The notes: a model not told the origin generated them from the sequence alone. A stretch of DNA of 64,000 nucleotides from Ruminococcus sp. (GCA_020024635.1 JAHHTL010000002.1:19139-83138), one strand, 5' to 3'; counted from the first letter of the stretch, positions 28,055 to 39,403 are shown. Numbers and translations are program-made.

Positions 28055-28387
28055 ATGAAGAACAATCAAAAACGTACCCAGGCAAGACCAAAGAGACCAC
28101 AGTATGCTTTGGGTCGCTATCGTCGAAGTGCAGTGGTGGTTAGCAGCGTCTTTGTTTTTCTTGTAGGAATACTTTTGGTCAATGCGATCAATCTAAAAAA
28201 GAAAAAAGAAAATTACAGACAAGAGCAAAAAGAACTTCAGATTCAGATTGATGCACAAAAGCAAAGAATGCAAGAAATTGAAGAATTAAAAGAGTATGTA
28301 AAGACAGAAGAATTTGAAAAGGAAATTGCGGAAGAAAAGTTAGGTCTAGTTGATCCAGACGAAATTATATTTAAACCAGTGAAATAA
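28055..28387 (+). CDS. septum formation initiator family protein (DivIC/FtsB-like)
   Basis: Basic N-terminus, a single TM (VVVSSVFVFLVGILLV), then a coiled coil. The ATG at 28055 is preceded by AGGTGA; a GTG at 28046 is an alternative start. Confidence 0.7.
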   Translation: MKNNQKRTQARPKRPQYALGRYRRSAVVVSSVFVFLVGILLVNAINLKKKKENYRQEQKELQIQIDAQKQRMQEIEELKEYVKTEEFEKEIAEEKLGLVDPDEIIFKPVK

Positions 28388-28405
28388 GAGAAATTACAGA
28401 AGAGA

Positions 28406-28431
28406 AGCTCCGGAAAAATCCGGGGCTTTTG
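28406..28431 (+). terminator. rho-independent terminator
   Basis: Stem AGCTCCGG / CCGGGGCT, followed by TTTT. Confidence 0.6.
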
Positions 28432-28482
28432 TATTGGAGGAAAAGTTACATCAGCTTGAATAAAAGGACAGGAGGAAAAAAG

Positions 28483-29883
28483 ATGAGTGATGGACAGGCT
28501 CTACATACAAGTCCTTATGTAGTTCAGATAGAAAAATTTTCGGATTCTTTAAAGCGATTATCTCAAATTTACATGGGACTTGGGGAAAAAAAGAAATGTT
28601 TTACCAATGAAGAAATCGATCTGATTTTCGAACATGTAAAGGAAAAGGTTTGTAAAAAATGTGAAAAATGCGAATGGTGTCTCAAAGATAATATTGTACA
28701 TACCTGTCAGATGGAATACGAATTACTTTCTGCCATTGATCGGTATGGAAATGAATTAAATACAGAGACAAAAAGAAATTTGCAGGCAAAGTGTATTCGG
28801 GCGCCTCGGTTTTTAAGAGAATCTTTAGAAGCGTTCCATGAAGCCAGACAAAATATGATGTGGACCAATAAAATGGCACAAAGCCGAGAAGGGTGTGCGG
28901 CACAAATGAATACGTTTGCCGAGATGCTTAGAGTTACAGCCAAGGAATTAGAAGACAGCGTTTTTTCAGATGACCGCATGGAAAAACGGGTGATGGAAAC
29001 GTTAAGAAAATTAGGACTTCGAGTGTTAAGTATAAATTTACTTATTAATAAAGACGGAAAGTATGAAGTTCAGGTAATTGCGCGGGCCATGAATAAGGAA
29101 TGTGTGACGATGAAAGAAGTCATTCATGGAATTTCGGAAACACTGGGAAGAAAATTTGTTTTGGATCATGCAAATTGTTCGATTGTGGGACGAGAATATA
29201 CCACAATTATTTGTATGGAAGGGCCAATGTATTATACACTTCAAGGAATTGCAAAAATCGGAAAAGGATGCAGTGAAATTTCAGGAGACAATTTTACAAT
29301 GATGGAACTTCCGGGTGGAAAACAAGGGGTTGCACTTTCGGATGGAATGGGGTCTGGAGAAATAGCATGTAAGGAAAGTACATTGGTTATCGAACTTTTG
29401 GAAGAACTTTTAGAAGCTGGTTTTCCAGAAAAAATGGCAATTCAGATGATTAATTCTACATTAGTAATGGGGAGGGAGGAACTTCGTTTTTCAACCATTG
29501 ATCTAAGTGTTTTCGATCTCTATACAGGAACATGTGAGATGATCAAGGCAGGTGCATCCACCACCTTTATCAAAAAGAAAGAGAAAGTAGAACTTCTTAC
29601 TTCGACTAGTTTACCAATCGGAGTTTTACATACCATTGAATTGGACTCCATTGTTCGACAACTGGAAGATGGGGATTTTGTGATTATGGTTACCGATGGT
29701 ATAATGGATGCCCTTCCGGTGGGAGAACAGGAAATTATTTTGGAAACAATTATACGGGGAACAGATCTTAACAATCCAAAAGATCTTGCACATCACATTT
29801 TAGAGCAAGTGTTAAACTGGAATGAAAAACCACCAATGGATGATATGACGGTTCTTGTAGTAGGAATGTGGAAACGGCAATAG
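28483..29883 (+). CDS. spoIIE: SpoIIE-like PP2C phosphatase lacking the N-terminal polytopic membrane domain
   Basis: C-terminal PP2C motifs ISGDNF, ALSDGMGSG and MVTDGIMDA. Sits at the spoIIE position upstream of tilS-hpt-ftsH. No TM helices. The ATG at 28483 has RBS GGAGGA. Confidence 0.75.
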   Translation: MSDGQALHTSPYVVQIEKFSDSLKRLSQIYMGLGEKKKCFTNEEIDLIFEHVKEKVCKKCEKCEWCLKDNIVHTCQMEYELLSAIDRYGNELNTETKRNLQAKCIRAPRFLRESLEAFHEARQNMMWTNKMAQSREGCAAQMNTFAEMLRVTAKELEDSVFSDDRMEKRVMETLRKLGLRVLSINLLINKDGKYEVQVIARAMNKECVTMKEVIHGISETLGRKFVLDHANCSIVGREYTTIICMEGPMYYTLQGIAKIGKGCSEISGDNFTMMELPGGKQGVALSDGMGSGEIACKESTLVIELLEELLEAGFPEKMAIQMINSTLVMGREELRFSTIDLSVFDLYTGTCEMIKAGASTTFIKKKEKVELLTSTSLPIGVLHTIELDSIVRQLEDGDFVIMVTDGIMDALPVGEQEIILETIIRGTDLNNPKDLAHHILEQVLNWNEKPPMDDMTVLVVGMWKRQ

Positions 29884-29924
29884 AATGCCTTGCATTCAAA
29901 AGGAAAATTCGCTATAGTTGATAT

Positions 29925-31337
29925 ATGATGAAAAAAATAGAGCAGTTTATTGAAAAAAATCATATGATTGATAATGGAGACAGAATTATTGCGGGGATAT
30001 CGGGCGGAGCGGATTCGGTATGCCTGCTTTTTGTGCTACTAGAGCTTCAAAGAACCTATGACATCGAAATTATTGCTGTTCATGTCAATCATGGCATCCG
30101 TGGACAAGATGCGTTAGCAGATGAGCAGTTCACAGTAGACTTGTGTAAAAAACAGAATATAAAATGCGTTGTTTTTCGAAAAGAAGTGGAATTAATTGCA
30201 AAAAAAAGGAAACAATCTGTGGAGGAGGCAGGTCGAGATGTGCGAAGAGAAGCTTTTTTTGAAGTTTTAAAAGAGGAACATGGAACGAAAATTGCAACGG
30301 CACATCATCAGAATGACAATGCAGAAACTTTTTTGATGAACTTGGTTAGAGGAACAGGATTAAAAGGATTGGGAGGAATCCGGCCTGTAAATGGAAAGGT
30401 GATCCGTCCTCTTCTTTGTATGACACGGAGTGAAATAGAAAAATTTGTAAGAAATAAGCAATGTGGATGGTGTACAGACGAGACAAATAATGAACAAGAA
30501 TATACGAGAAATAAAATTAGGCATTCGGTTCTTCCCGTGCTAGAGCAGCAAATGAATCTTCATGCTATACAGCATATGAATGAAACGATGGAACAATTAC
30601 GTCAGGTATGGGATTATATGGAAATGCAAGCCGAAGTAGCTATGGAAAGCTGTGTAGAGCAAACCCAAGAAGGAGAACTGCAAATTAATAAGGAAGACTA
30701 TGAGCAGCTACATGAAGTAGTGCAGTCCATGGTTCTAAAGAAATGTTTAAGTGAGGTTGCGGGGGAACAAAGGAATCTTACTTCCGCTCATATCGAAGCA
30801 ATCGCACAGCTCATGAACAAACAATGTGGAAAAAGTAGAAATCTGCCCTATGCGGTAGAGGCAATCCGCAATTATAAGGGAATATTGCTAAGGCGAAGGA
30901 AACAAGACAAAAAACAAGATATGGAAGCGCTTATTCTAAACGTCCCAGGAAAAACTGTGATTCCACAGAAGAACCTAATCATTAAGTGTGTCATACGAAA
31001 CGCAGATGAAATGATAATGGATGAGATACCACAAAAAATCTACACGAAATGGTTTGATTATGATATAATAAAGGGTAACCTGACTGTGAGAAGTAGACAG
31101 ACAGGGGACTATATCGTGATTGATAAAATGGGAAGAAAACAAAAGATAAAGTCTTATTTTGTCAATGAGAAAATACCGGCAGATCAGAGAAATCTGATTC
31201 CATTAATCTGTGATGGTGAAAAAGTGATATGGATTGTAGGTTATCGCATGAGTAGCGCGTGCCAGGTGGTTAAAACGACGAAGAAAATACTTGAGATAAC
31301 AGTAATGGAGGAAAAAGAAAATGTCAGAAAAGATTAA
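29925..31337 (+). CDS. tilS: tRNA(Ile)-lysidine synthetase
   Basis: PP-loop ISGGADSVCLL. 470 aa. Conserved tilS-hpt-ftsH order. Confidence 0.9.
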   Translation: MMKKIEQFIEKNHMIDNGDRIIAGISGGADSVCLLFVLLELQRTYDIEIIAVHVNHGIRGQDALADEQFTVDLCKKQNIKCVVFRKEVELIAKKRKQSVEEAGRDVRREAFFEVLKEEHGTKIATAHHQNDNAETFLMNLVRGTGLKGLGGIRPVNGKVIRPLLCMTRSEIEKFVRNKQCGWCTDETNNEQEYTRNKIRHSVLPVLEQQMNLHAIQHMNETMEQLRQVWDYMEMQAEVAMESCVEQTQEGELQINKEDYEQLHEVVQSMVLKKCLSEVAGEQRNLTSAHIEAIAQLMNKQCGKSRNLPYAVEAIRNYKGILLRRRKQDKKQDMEALILNVPGKTVIPQKNLIIKCVIRNADEMIMDEIPQKIYTKWFDYDIIKGNLTVRSRQTGDYIVIDKMGRKQKIKSYFVNEKIPADQRNLIPLICDGEKVIWIVGYRMSSACQVVKTTKKILEITVMEEKENVRKD

Positions 31338-31848
31338 TGTATTAGTATCAGAAGAAGAAGTGACAAAGCGATTAAAAGAACTCGGGGAGCAGATTAGCAA
31401 AGATTACGAAGGAAAAGAAATTCATATGATCTGCATCTTAAAAGGCGGAGTATTCTTTATGGTAGATCTTTCGAAGAGAATCAGTGTTCCAGTATCTTTA
31501 GATTTTATGAGCGTAAGCAGTTATGGAAATGGGACAAAGTCAAGTGGAGTAGTGCGTATTGCCAAAGATTTAGATGAGTCTATTGAAGGCAAAGATGTGC
31601 TGATTGTAGAGGATATTATTGATTCAGGAAGAACATTATATTATTTGATGGACATTTTGAAAAAGCGCAATCCAAATAGCATTCGTCTATGCACATTGTT
31701 AGATAAACCTGAGAGAAGAGAAAAAGACGTAAAAGTTGATTACGTTGGATTTGAAATCCCAGATGAATTTGTGGTTGGTTACGGTCTTGATTATGCTCAG
31801 AAGTATAGAAACCTTCCATACATCGGTGTGGTAGAAGGCGTAGAATAG
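31321..31848 (+). CDS. hpt: hypoxanthine phosphoribosyltransferase
   Basis: PRPP motif [13 protein letters not shown]. 175 aa. Overlaps tilS by 17 nt. Confidence 0.9.
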   Translation: MSEKINVLVSEEEVTKRLKELGEQISKDYEGKEIHMICILKGGVFFMVDLSKRISVPVSLDFMSVSSYGNGTKSSGVVRIAKDLDESIEGKDVLIVEDIIDSGRTLYYLMDILKKRNPNSIRLCTLLDKPERREKDVKVDYVGFEIPDEFVVGYGLDYAQKYRNLPYIGVVEGVE

Positions 31849-31861
31849 GAAGGAGAACATA

Positions 31862-33691
31862 TTGTTGGAAAATAAAAAAAGTAAAGGGATGGGGGGAGCT
31901 GCCTTTCTGACGTTCTTAATCGTTGTATTTGTGGTCCTTTGGACAACAAATCGTATGCAGATGAAGAATCAAGAAATGACATATCAAAGCTTTGTCCAAG
32001 AAGTAAAAAATGAGAACGTAAAGGAAGTGGTGATTCGTCCCAATAAGGTTGTGCCTACTGGGGTAGTTACCGTTGCTTTAAAAGATGGAAGAACAGTAAA
32101 GACGGTAAATGTATCGGATGTAAAAGAAGTGCAGAATCTGCTAGAAGATCGGGTGGACTATCGGATGCTTGATGTTCCGCGTGATTCATGGGTCTCTACG
32201 ATTTTATTGCCGCTTCTTCTTACATTTTTAGGAGTGATACTTTTGTTTTTCCTTATGAATCGTCAAAGTGGCGGGGCCAATAATAAGGCGATGAACTTTG
32301 GAAAAAGCCGGGCAAGATTAACGACCGATGAAGATAAAAAGGTTACGTTTGCAGATGTGGCTGGATTAAGAGAGGAAAAAGAAGAACTGGAAGAAATCGT
32401 GGATTTTCTAAAATCTCCCAAAAAATATATTCAAGTGGGAGCTAGAATTCCAAAAGGTGTGTTACTAGAGGGACCTCCTGGTACAGGTAAGACTTTGCTG
32501 GCAAAGGCTGTTGCCGGAGAAGCAAAAGTTCCATTTTTTAGTATTTCAGGTTCAGACTTTGTGGAGATGTTCGTCGGTGTTGGAGCATCACGTGTACGTG
32601 ATCTTTTTCAGGATGCCAAGAAAAATTCTCCGTGTATTGTTTTTATAGATGAGATTGATGCTGTTGGTAGACAAAGAGGAAGTGGACTTGGTGGTGGTCA
32701 CGACGAACGCGAGCAAACGTTAAATCAGCTCCTTGTAGAGATGGATGGGTTTGGTGCAAATGAAGGGATTATTGTGATTGCGGCTACCAATAGAAAAGAC
32801 ATCTTAGACCCTGCAATTTTACGTGCAGGACGATTTGACCGTACCGTTATGGTAGGTCGACCAGATGTTCAAGGCAGAGAAGATATTTTGAAAGTCCATT
32901 CAAAAAACAAGCCGCTAGGCGATGATGTTGATTTGAAACAAATCGCACAGACAACAGCAGGATTTACGGGTGCAGATCTTGAAAATCTATTAAATGAGGC
33001 TGCCATTCTTGCTGCGAAAGAGGGAAGAGTCTACCTTCAACAGGCGGATATTCGACATGCCTTTGTAAAACTTGGAATAGGACCGGAAAAGAAAAGTCGT
33101 ATTATTTCAGAAAAGGAACGTCGTATTACAGCGTTTCATGAGTCAGGTCATGCACTTTTATACCATTTGCTCCCAGATGTAGGCCCTGTATATAGTGTAT
33201 CGATTGTTCCTACAGGAGCAGCAGGGGGATATACAATGCCTCTTCCAGAAAAAGATGATATGTTTAGTACAAAAGGACAGATGTTGCAGGAGATCATTGT
33301 TTCTCTGGGCGGACGTGCTGCAGAAGAAAAAGTGTTTGAGGATATTACAACAGGGGCATCTCAAGATATCAAACAAGCTACAGCCATTGCAAAGTCTATG
33401 ATTACAAAGTTTGGTATGTCTGAAAGACTTGGACTTATTAACTATGATAGTGATAATGATGAAGTATTTATCGGACGTGATTTTGGGCATGCTTCTCGAG
33501 GATACGGAGAAAAGGTAGCCAGTACAATTGATGAAGAAATTAAACGCATCATAGATGAGTGTTACGTAAAAGCAAAAGAAATGTTGGAAGAGTATAGTGA
33601 TATTTTGTACAACTGCGCCGAATTGCTGCTCGAAAAGGAAAAAATTAACAGAAGTGAATTTGAAACACTGTTTGATAGCAAAGAAAGTTAA
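31862..33691 (+). CDS. ftsH: ATP-dependent zinc metalloprotease FtsH
   Basis: Walker [15 protein letters not shown] region and zinc motif FHESGHAL. Two N-terminal TM helices. TTG start with RBS GGAGA; the in-frame ATG at 31889 is an alternative. Confidence 0.95.
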   Translation: MLENKKSKGMGGAAFLTFLIVVFVVLWTTNRMQMKNQEMTYQSFVQEVKNENVKEVVIRPNKVVPTGVVTVALKDGRTVKTVNVSDVKEVQNLLEDRVDYRMLDVPRDSWVSTILLPLLLTFLGVILLFFLMNRQSGGANNKAMNFGKSRARLTTDEDKKVTFADVAGLREEKEELEEIVDFLKSPKKYIQVGARIPKGVLLEGPPGTGKTLLAKAVAGEAKVPFFSISGSDFVEMFVGVGASRVRDLFQDAKKNSPCIVFIDEIDAVGRQRGSGLGGGHDEREQTLNQLLVEMDGFGANEGIIVIAATNRKDILDPAILRAGRFDRTVMVGRPDVQGREDILKVHSKNKPLGDDVDLKQIAQTTAGFTGADLENLLNEAAILAAKEGRVYLQQADIRHAFVKLGIGPEKKSRIISEKERRITAFHESGHALLYHLLPDVGPVYSVSIVPTGAAGGYTMPLPEKDDMFSTKGQMLQEIIVSLGGRAAEEKVFEDITTGASQDIKQATAIAKSMITKFGMSERLGLINYDSDNDEVFIGRDFGHASRGYGEKVASTIDEEIKRIIDECYVKAKEMLEEYSDILYNCAELLLEKEKINRSEFETLFDSKES

Positions 33692-33727
33692 GATGCAAAG
33701 AAACACTTAACTCAAAGGAGGTTTCCT

Positions 33728-35797
33728 ATGAATAAGGACGCACTGTTTAGTGATGGAACGTCCAGTTATATGATTCCGGCAGAACCGGCAGAATACGAAA
33801 AAGTAAAAATTAGATTTCGAACGGCAAAAGCAGATGTGGATGATGTGTATTTGTACACAAAAACTGAATCATTTCGGATGCATAAAATTCTATCTGAAGA
33901 AGTGTTTGATTATTATGAGATAGAGTGGCAGCTAAAAGATGAACCATTTGGATATTGCTTCCAAGTAAAAAAGGCAAATGAGATCTGGTTTTATGATAGA
34001 TGTGGTGTGGCAAAAGATTATCAGCCATATTATTCTTTTATGATAGTGCCTGGCTTTTCTACACCAGAGTGGGCAAAAGGCGCTGTAATGTATCAGATAT
34101 TTGTGGATCGCTTTTATAATGGAGATCCCAAAAACGATGTGGAAGATCGAGAATATATTTACATTGGTCAACCATGTGAGAAAGTGGAAGATTGGGAGGA
34201 GCTCCCAAAGTCTATGGATGTCCGGAGATTTTATGGTGGAGATCTTCAAGGGGTGATAGACAAACTCGATTACTTAGAAGATTTGGGAATTGAGGTGATT
34301 TATTTTAATCCCTTGTTTGTTTCTCCATCCAATCATAAATACGATATTCAAGATTATGATTATATTGATCCACACTATGGAAAAATTGTTGATGATGGCG
34401 GGGAAACGCTCCCACAATGGGCGACAGACAATGTCAATGCGACAAAATACCAAAAGCGTACTGGCGAAAAGGCGAACTTAGAAGCAAGCAATCAGCTCTT
34501 TGTGAAATTAGTAGAGGAAATGCACAAAAGAGGAATGCGAGTCATTTTAGATGGGGTATTTAATCACTGTGGTTCTTTCAATAAATGGATGGACAAAGAG
34601 CGGATCTATGAACAACAAGAAGAATATGAAAAAGGCGCATTTATAAGCAAGGATAGTGTGTACAATAGTTTCTTTCATTTTGATAACGAAAATCCGTCTG
34701 CGTGGCCTTACAATGCCAGTTACGATGGGTGGTGGGGACATGATACCTTGCCAAAATTAAATTATGAAAGTTCTCCGAAATTGGAACAATATATCATCGA
34801 TATTGGGAAAAAATGGGTGTTACCTCCTTACAATATTGATGGGTGGAGGCTGGATGTTGCGGCGGATCTTGGATATAGTAATGAATATAACCACATGTTC
34901 TGGAAGCGATTTAGAAAAGAAATTAAAGCTGTAAGGCCAGATGCTTTGATTTTGGCGGAGCATTATGGAAATCCAACAGAGTGGTTAATGGGAGATGAAT
35001 GGGATAGTGTGATGAACTATGATGCATTCATGGAGCCTGTGACATGGTTTTTAACAGGAATGGAAAAACACAGTGATGAACAGCGGGAAGAACTGTGTGG
35101 AAATTCCTATAACTTTGTAAATACAATGAACCATTTTATGGCTAGTATACATACCGCGTCCTTACAAGTTGCTATGAATGAGTTGTCCAACCATGATCAT
35201 TCTCGATTCCTTACAAGAACTAACCATGTTGTTGGTAGAGTGGAGACGAAAGGAAGCAAAGCGGCAGAAGAAGGAATTAATAAAGCGGTAATGCGAGAAG
35301 CCGTTGTTCTTCAGATGACGTGGGTAGGTGCTCCTACGATTTATTATGGAGATGAGGTTGGATTATGTGGATTTACAGATCCAGATAGCAGAAGAACCTA
35401 TCCTTGGGAACATCAAGACAAACAAATGTTAAAGTTCCATCAAGAATTGATCCGCATTCACAAGCAAGAGAAGTCTTTAAAGAAAGGCTCTCTGCGAATG
35501 CTTTATTGGGCGGATGATGTGATTGCCTATGCCAGATTTGAGGAAGGCAATCAAATAGTTGTTATTTTAAATAATAGTGAAGAATTAAAAGAGATCACAG
35601 TTCCTGTGTGGATAGCGGAAGTTCCAATGAAAGGTCGAATGGAACGCCTTATATACAGCTATGAAGAAGGCTACACTACGGCTCCAGATGATTATATTGT
35701 GGAAGATGGAGAAGTGGTATTAAATATGGGACGACATTCAGCTGTTATCATGAGAACGAAAACAAGACAGGGTCTATTAGATCGAGGAATTTCATAA
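33728..35797 (+). CDS. GH13 alpha-amylase family glycoside hydrolase (neopullulanase/cyclomaltodextrinase-like)
   Basis: GH13 regions I-IV: DGVFNHCG, GWRLDVAAD, ILAEHYG and LSNHDHSRF. No signal peptide. Confidence 0.85.
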   Translation: MNKDALFSDGTSSYMIPAEPAEYEKVKIRFRTAKADVDDVYLYTKTESFRMHKILSEEVFDYYEIEWQLKDEPFGYCFQVKKANEIWFYDRCGVAKDYQPYYSFMIVPGFSTPEWAKGAVMYQIFVDRFYNGDPKNDVEDREYIYIGQPCEKVEDWEELPKSMDVRRFYGGDLQGVIDKLDYLEDLGIEVIYFNPLFVSPSNHKYDIQDYDYIDPHYGKIVDDGGETLPQWATDNVNATKYQKRTGEKANLEASNQLFVKLVEEMHKRGMRVILDGVFNHCGSFNKWMDKERIYEQQEEYEKGAFISKDSVYNSFFHFDNENPSAWPYNASYDGWWGHDTLPKLNYESSPKLEQYIIDIGKKWVLPPYNIDGWRLDVAADLGYSNEYNHMFWKRFRKEIKAVRPDALILAEHYGNPTEWLMGDEWDSVMNYDAFMEPVTWFLTGMEKHSDEQREELCGNSYNFVNTMNHFMASIHTASLQVAMNELSNHDHSRFLTRTNHVVGRVETKGSKAAEEGINKAVMREAVVLQMTWVGAPTIYYGDEVGLCGFTDPDSRRTYPWEHQDKQMLKFHQELIRIHKQEKSLKKGSLRMLYWADDVIAYARFEEGNQIVVILNNSEELKEITVPVWIAEVPMKGRMERLIYSYEEGYTTAPDDYIVEDGEVVLNMGRHSAVIMRTKTRQGLLDRGIS

Positions 35798-35810
35798 ATG
35801 ATACAAAGAG

Positions 35811-35844
35811 AAAATGCAGCGACGGTCTTACCGCGCTGCATTTT
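35811..35844. terminator. bidirectional terminator between the GH13 gene (+) and map (-)
   Basis: AAAATGCAGCG-12 nt-CGCTGCATTTT. Confidence 0.75.
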
Positions 35845-35850
35845 GTGTTT

Positions 35851-36714
35851 TTATTTTGTTAAAACTTCTACACCAGTTTCGGTGATTAAAACCATATATT
35901 CAATCTGTGCGGATAATCCATCATCAATGGTATATACCGTCCAGTCGTTATCTTCGTCTACAAAGAAATCAGGACTTCCTTCATTGATCATAGGTTCAAT
36001 CGTAAACATCATGCCAGGAACAAGGAGCATTTCACTTCCCTTTGGAGTTACATAACTGACAAAAGGTTCTTCGTGAAATTGAAGGCCGATTCCGTGTCCG
36101 CCAATATCTATTACAACAGAATATCCATTTTTTTGCGCATGTGTGTTAATTGCATCTGCGATATCTCCTAGATGCCCCCATGGCTTTGCGGCGGCCAATC
36201 CTAATTCTACACATTCTTCTGTAACACGTACAAGTTTTTCCGCGCGGTCTGAGACTTTTCCAATCTTAAACATTCTAGAAGCATCTGAAAAATAACCGTC
36301 CAAAATTGTGGAAACGTCCACATTTACAATATCTCCCTCTTTCAAGATATGATTCTCATCAGGGATTCCGTGGCATACTTCATTATTGATAGAAGTACAA
36401 ACACTTTTAGGAAAACCTTCATAATTAAGTGGAGCAGGAATTCCGCCATGAGCGGTTGTAACGTCATAGACGATTTTGTTGATTTCTTCCGTACTCATAC
36501 CGGCATGGATATTTTTCGCTACCTCATCTAGCACAAGCGTATTAAGAGCAGCGCTTGCTTTTATCTTTTCAATCTGAGCAGGTGTTTTTAAAAGCTTTCG
36601 AGATGGGACAATTTCCCCTTTATCTGCATGAAACTGCATTTTTTCTTCAATAGCCATGTGACACTTTTTGTATTTTTTTCCACTACCACACCAACAAAGT
36701 GCATTTCTTTCCAT
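35851..36714 (-). CDS. map: type I methionine aminopeptidase with N-terminal SEC-C zinc motif
   Basis: SEC-C CWCGSGKKYKKCH. Pita-bread-fold metal ligands (VNVDVS..., GGHGIG, FTIEP). 287 aa. Confidence 0.9.
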   Translation of the reverse strand: MERNALCWCGSGKKYKKCHMAIEEKMQFHADKGEIVPSRKLLKTPAQIEKIKASAALNTLVLDEVAKNIHAGMSTEEINKIVYDVTTAHGGIPAPLNYEGFPKSVCTSINNEVCHGIPDENHILKEGDIVNVDVSTILDGYFSDASRMFKIGKVSDRAEKLVRVTEECVELGLAAAKPWGHLGDIADAINTHAQKNGYSVVIDIGGHGIGLQFHEEPFVSYVTPKGSEMLLVPGMMFTIEPMINEGSPDFFVDEDNDWTVYTIDDGLSAQIEYMVLITETGVEVLTK

Positions 36715-36850
36715 GAAAACACATCTCCTTATATAAACATTTGTAGATTTTCTAATCTACATTTTAATAATAAGTATCTATAAACCTCTTACATTCTATC
36801 ATACTAAAAAATAAAATACCATAATATAATTTAAATGTATGTTAATAGAT

Positions 36851-36892
36851 AAAAAATAGGCAGATACCAAAGAGTGGATCTTGGTATCTGCC
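36851..36892 (-). terminator. rho-independent terminator after glgD
   Basis: Minus-strand hairpin GGCAGATACCAA / TTGGTATCTGCC, followed by a T-run. Confidence 0.8.
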
Positions 36893-36914
36893 GTGAATGG
36901 TAAAGAATGGATAG

Positions 36915-38030
36915 TTAAAGGATATCATTTCGTTTAATATAACCCGGTTGATTTGCAGGAGCAATAATTTTATCGGCATGAATAACGTTTGCTGCTTTGT
37001 CAACAACTTGGTTTTCCAAATGAATATTTTTTCCAATTACTGCTCGTGGGAGAAGAATACAATTCTTTACGACTGCACCTTCTTCGATGATACATCCACG
37101 TCCAATTACGGAATTCTCAACAGTTCCTGCAATCGTACATCCATTTGAAATGACAGAAAGCTTCACGCTGGCAGAGTGGGCATACTTTGTAGGACAGGAA
37201 TCATTGGTACGTGTGTAGATTGGCCAGTCTTTATCAAACAAGGATCGGGTTGTCTCGTAATCAATTAATGAAAGATTGGCATCAAAATAACTCTTAAAGT
37301 CTGTTATAGTAGCAAAAAACCCTTCATGAGAGGCAGCTAGAACATTTAACTTGTTGCATTGATTATTTACAATTTGAGCCAATGTAAACATAGAAGAGGT
37401 ACTTTGTGCTTTTTTGATCAATTCAATAAATAGTTCTGTTTTCATGATATAGGTGTCCATAAAAATTTGTTGATTGGCTTGTATTCCACGATTTTTATGA
37501 ATAGAAAGAACACCTTTTTGTGGATTTAAATCAAGGTAATCACAATTTAAAAATTTTTCTTTTGCCTGATCAGTTGTATGATAAAGTAGCGTAATATCAG
37601 CTCCGGATTCAATGTGTCGATCAATAAGCGTATTAAAATTCTGTCTGTAAACCATGTAACTTGGAAGAATTACAACATAAGGCTCTGACATTCGTTCAAT
37701 GCATTCAAGATTTTCAGCAAAGGAAGCGATGTCTGTATTATAAATTTTATTGTCGCAATTGTTAGATGCGAATAGTGTACGTAGTTTTCCACTTTTAGAG
37801 TTGATGTTATAATTACGTCCGGTTCCGATATGTTCCACAAGGGAGCGAGGGTTGTCGCGGGTATAGACCTGGATTTGTTCGATTTCGCTATTGCTTAAGT
37901 TAGAAATAGGAAAGTCGATGACTCTGTATCTTCCGAGAAAAGAAAAGGCACCAATGGTTCGGTAAGATTGAAGTCCTTGTACCCAGATATGATTTCCGGC
38001 AGGATATACAATTCCAAATGCTTTTTTCAT
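36915..38030 (-). CDS. glgD: glucose-1-phosphate adenylyltransferase regulatory subunit GlgD
   Basis: Paralogue of GlgC lacking the GGxGxRL loop. C-terminal left-handed beta-helix repeats. Immediately downstream of glgC. Confidence 0.85.
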   Translation of the reverse strand: MKKAFGIVYPAGNHIWVQGLQSYRTIGAFSFLGRYRVIDFPISNLSNSEIEQIQVYTRDNPRSLVEHIGTGRNYNINSKSGKLRTLFASNNCDNKIYNTDIASFAENLECIERMSEPYVVILPSYMVYRQNFNTLIDRHIESGADITLLYHTTDQAKEKFLNCDYLDLNPQKGVLSIHKNRGIQANQQIFMDTYIMKTELFIELIKKAQSTSSMFTLAQIVNNQCNKLNVLAASHEGFFATITDFKSYFDANLSLIDYETTRSLFDKDWPIYTRTNDSCPTKYAHSASVKLSVISNGCTIAGTVENSVIGRGCIIEEGAVVKNCILLPRAVIGKNIHLENQVVDKAANVIHADKIIAPANQPGYIKRNDIL

Positions 38031-38031
38031 C

Positions 38032-39174
38032 TTATGCTTCCCCCTTTATATTTTTAGAAATAAGTTCGATGTGTTCACTGTCTGCAGAACCGACAATAGC
38101 ATTTTTGCCGATTCGGACACCATCTGCGATCAGCGCTCGTGTTACGACTGCACCTTCTTCCACAATTGCACCTGGCATAAGAACACTATCGATCACCTGA
38201 GCGCCGGTATGTAGGATGGCACCTGTAAATAAAACAGAATTTTTTACCACACCATTTACAGCACAGCCCTCTGTGATAAATGCATGGTTGATCGTAGCAT
38301 ACGGCCCAATATAATGAGGGAGAGTATAACCGTCTTCCGTATAAATTTTCCAAGAGTTATCATTTAAATCTAGGGTATTGTTGTCATCGAGTAAATCCAT
38401 GTTTGCTTCCCATAGAGAGTCAATCGTTCCCACGTCTTTCCAATAACCATTAAACTCATATGCATAGAGATCCTTTCCATTGTTGAGCATGGTAGGAATA
38501 ATATCTTTCCCAAAGTCGTGATTGGAAGTTTCGTTTTTCATATCGGAAACAAGCATCTCTCGTAAAAGCTTCCAATTAAATATATAAATTCCCATGGAAG
38601 CAAGGTTACTTTTTGGTTCTGCCGGCTTTTCTTCAAATTCTACAATTCGTCCAGTTTCTTTGTTGGTATTCATAATACCGAATCGACTGGCTTCTTTGAT
38701 CGGAACTTCAATGACAGCGATAGTTGCATCAGCGTGTCGTTCGTTATGGAAGGCTAGCATTTTTGAGTAATCCATTTTGTAAATGTGATCTCCAGAGAGA
38801 ATCAATACATATTCAGGTGAAAAGGAATCGATAAAGTCTATATTTTGCGAGATCGCATCTGCAGTGCCCCTATACACATCCAGTCCGGTATCTGCTTTTT
38901 CACGAGGTGGCAATACATAGACACCACTATTGACAGTGTCAAGCCCCCAACGTCGTCCAGCAGCAACATAGCTGTTTAGTAAAATGGATTCATATTGTGT
39001 GAGTACACCGACGACATCAATGCCACTGTTTGCGCAGTTACTTAATGGAAAGTCTACAATGCGATATTTTCCCCCATATGAAACTGCTGGTTTAGCTACT
39101 TTGTTTGTTAAATCATGCAAGCGAGATCCACGGCCGCCGGCTAAGATCATGGCTAACATACTGTTATGTTTCAT
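38032..39174 (-). CDS. glgC: glucose-1-phosphate adenylyltransferase
   Basis: [30 protein letters not shown] and FEEKP motifs. 380 aa. Confidence 0.9.
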   Translation of the reverse strand: MKHNSMLAMILAGGRGSRLHDLTNKVAKPAVSYGGKYRIVDFPLSNCANSGIDVVGVLTQYESILLNSYVAAGRRWGLDTVNSGVYVLPPREKADTGLDVYRGTADAISQNIDFIDSFSPEYVLILSGDHIYKMDYSKMLAFHNERHADATIAVIEVPIKEASRFGIMNTNKETGRIVEFEEKPAEPKSNLASMGIYIFNWKLLREMLVSDMKNETSNHDFGKDIIPTMLNNGKDLYAYEFNGYWKDVGTIDSLWEANMDLLDDNNTLDLNDNSWKIYTEDGYTLPHYIGPYATINHAFITEGCAVNGVVKNSVLFTGAILHTGAQVIDSVLMPGAIVEEGAVVTRALIADGVRIGKNAIVGSADSEHIELISKNIKGEA

Positions 39175-39334
39175 AATGTGTCCTCTCTTTCATAGTACTT
39201 AATTATATTGTACATGTAATTTAGCTAAAAGACAACGACTTTGTCTGAAAATAAGCTTATTTTTACAAGATTTTACTGAAATAAATATTTTCCTATTAAA
39301 ATCATAAAAATCAAGGGAGTGTATTTTAGAAGTC

Positions 39335-39363
39335 TTGTTCCGAGAAGCAAAATAGAGTATATT
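39335..39363 (+). promoter_or_regulatory. candidate sigma-A promoter for pfkA-dnaX
   Basis: TTGTTC (39335-39340), 17-nt spacer, TATATT (39358-39363). Confidence 0.4.
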
Positions 39364-39403
39364 TATTGTATTGACTGATGGAGAGATAAAGGAGGATGAT
39401 TTC

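Noticed and set aside
33158-33706. 182-aa minus-strand ORF antisense to the 3' end of ftsH
   Set aside because: It is antisense to a highly conserved gene. It has no start context and a Cys/Phe/Asn-rich nonsense-like composition.
35798-36055. 85-aa plus-strand ORF after the GH13 gene
   Set aside because: It starts at the GH13 stop, crosses the bidirectional terminator and is antisense to map.
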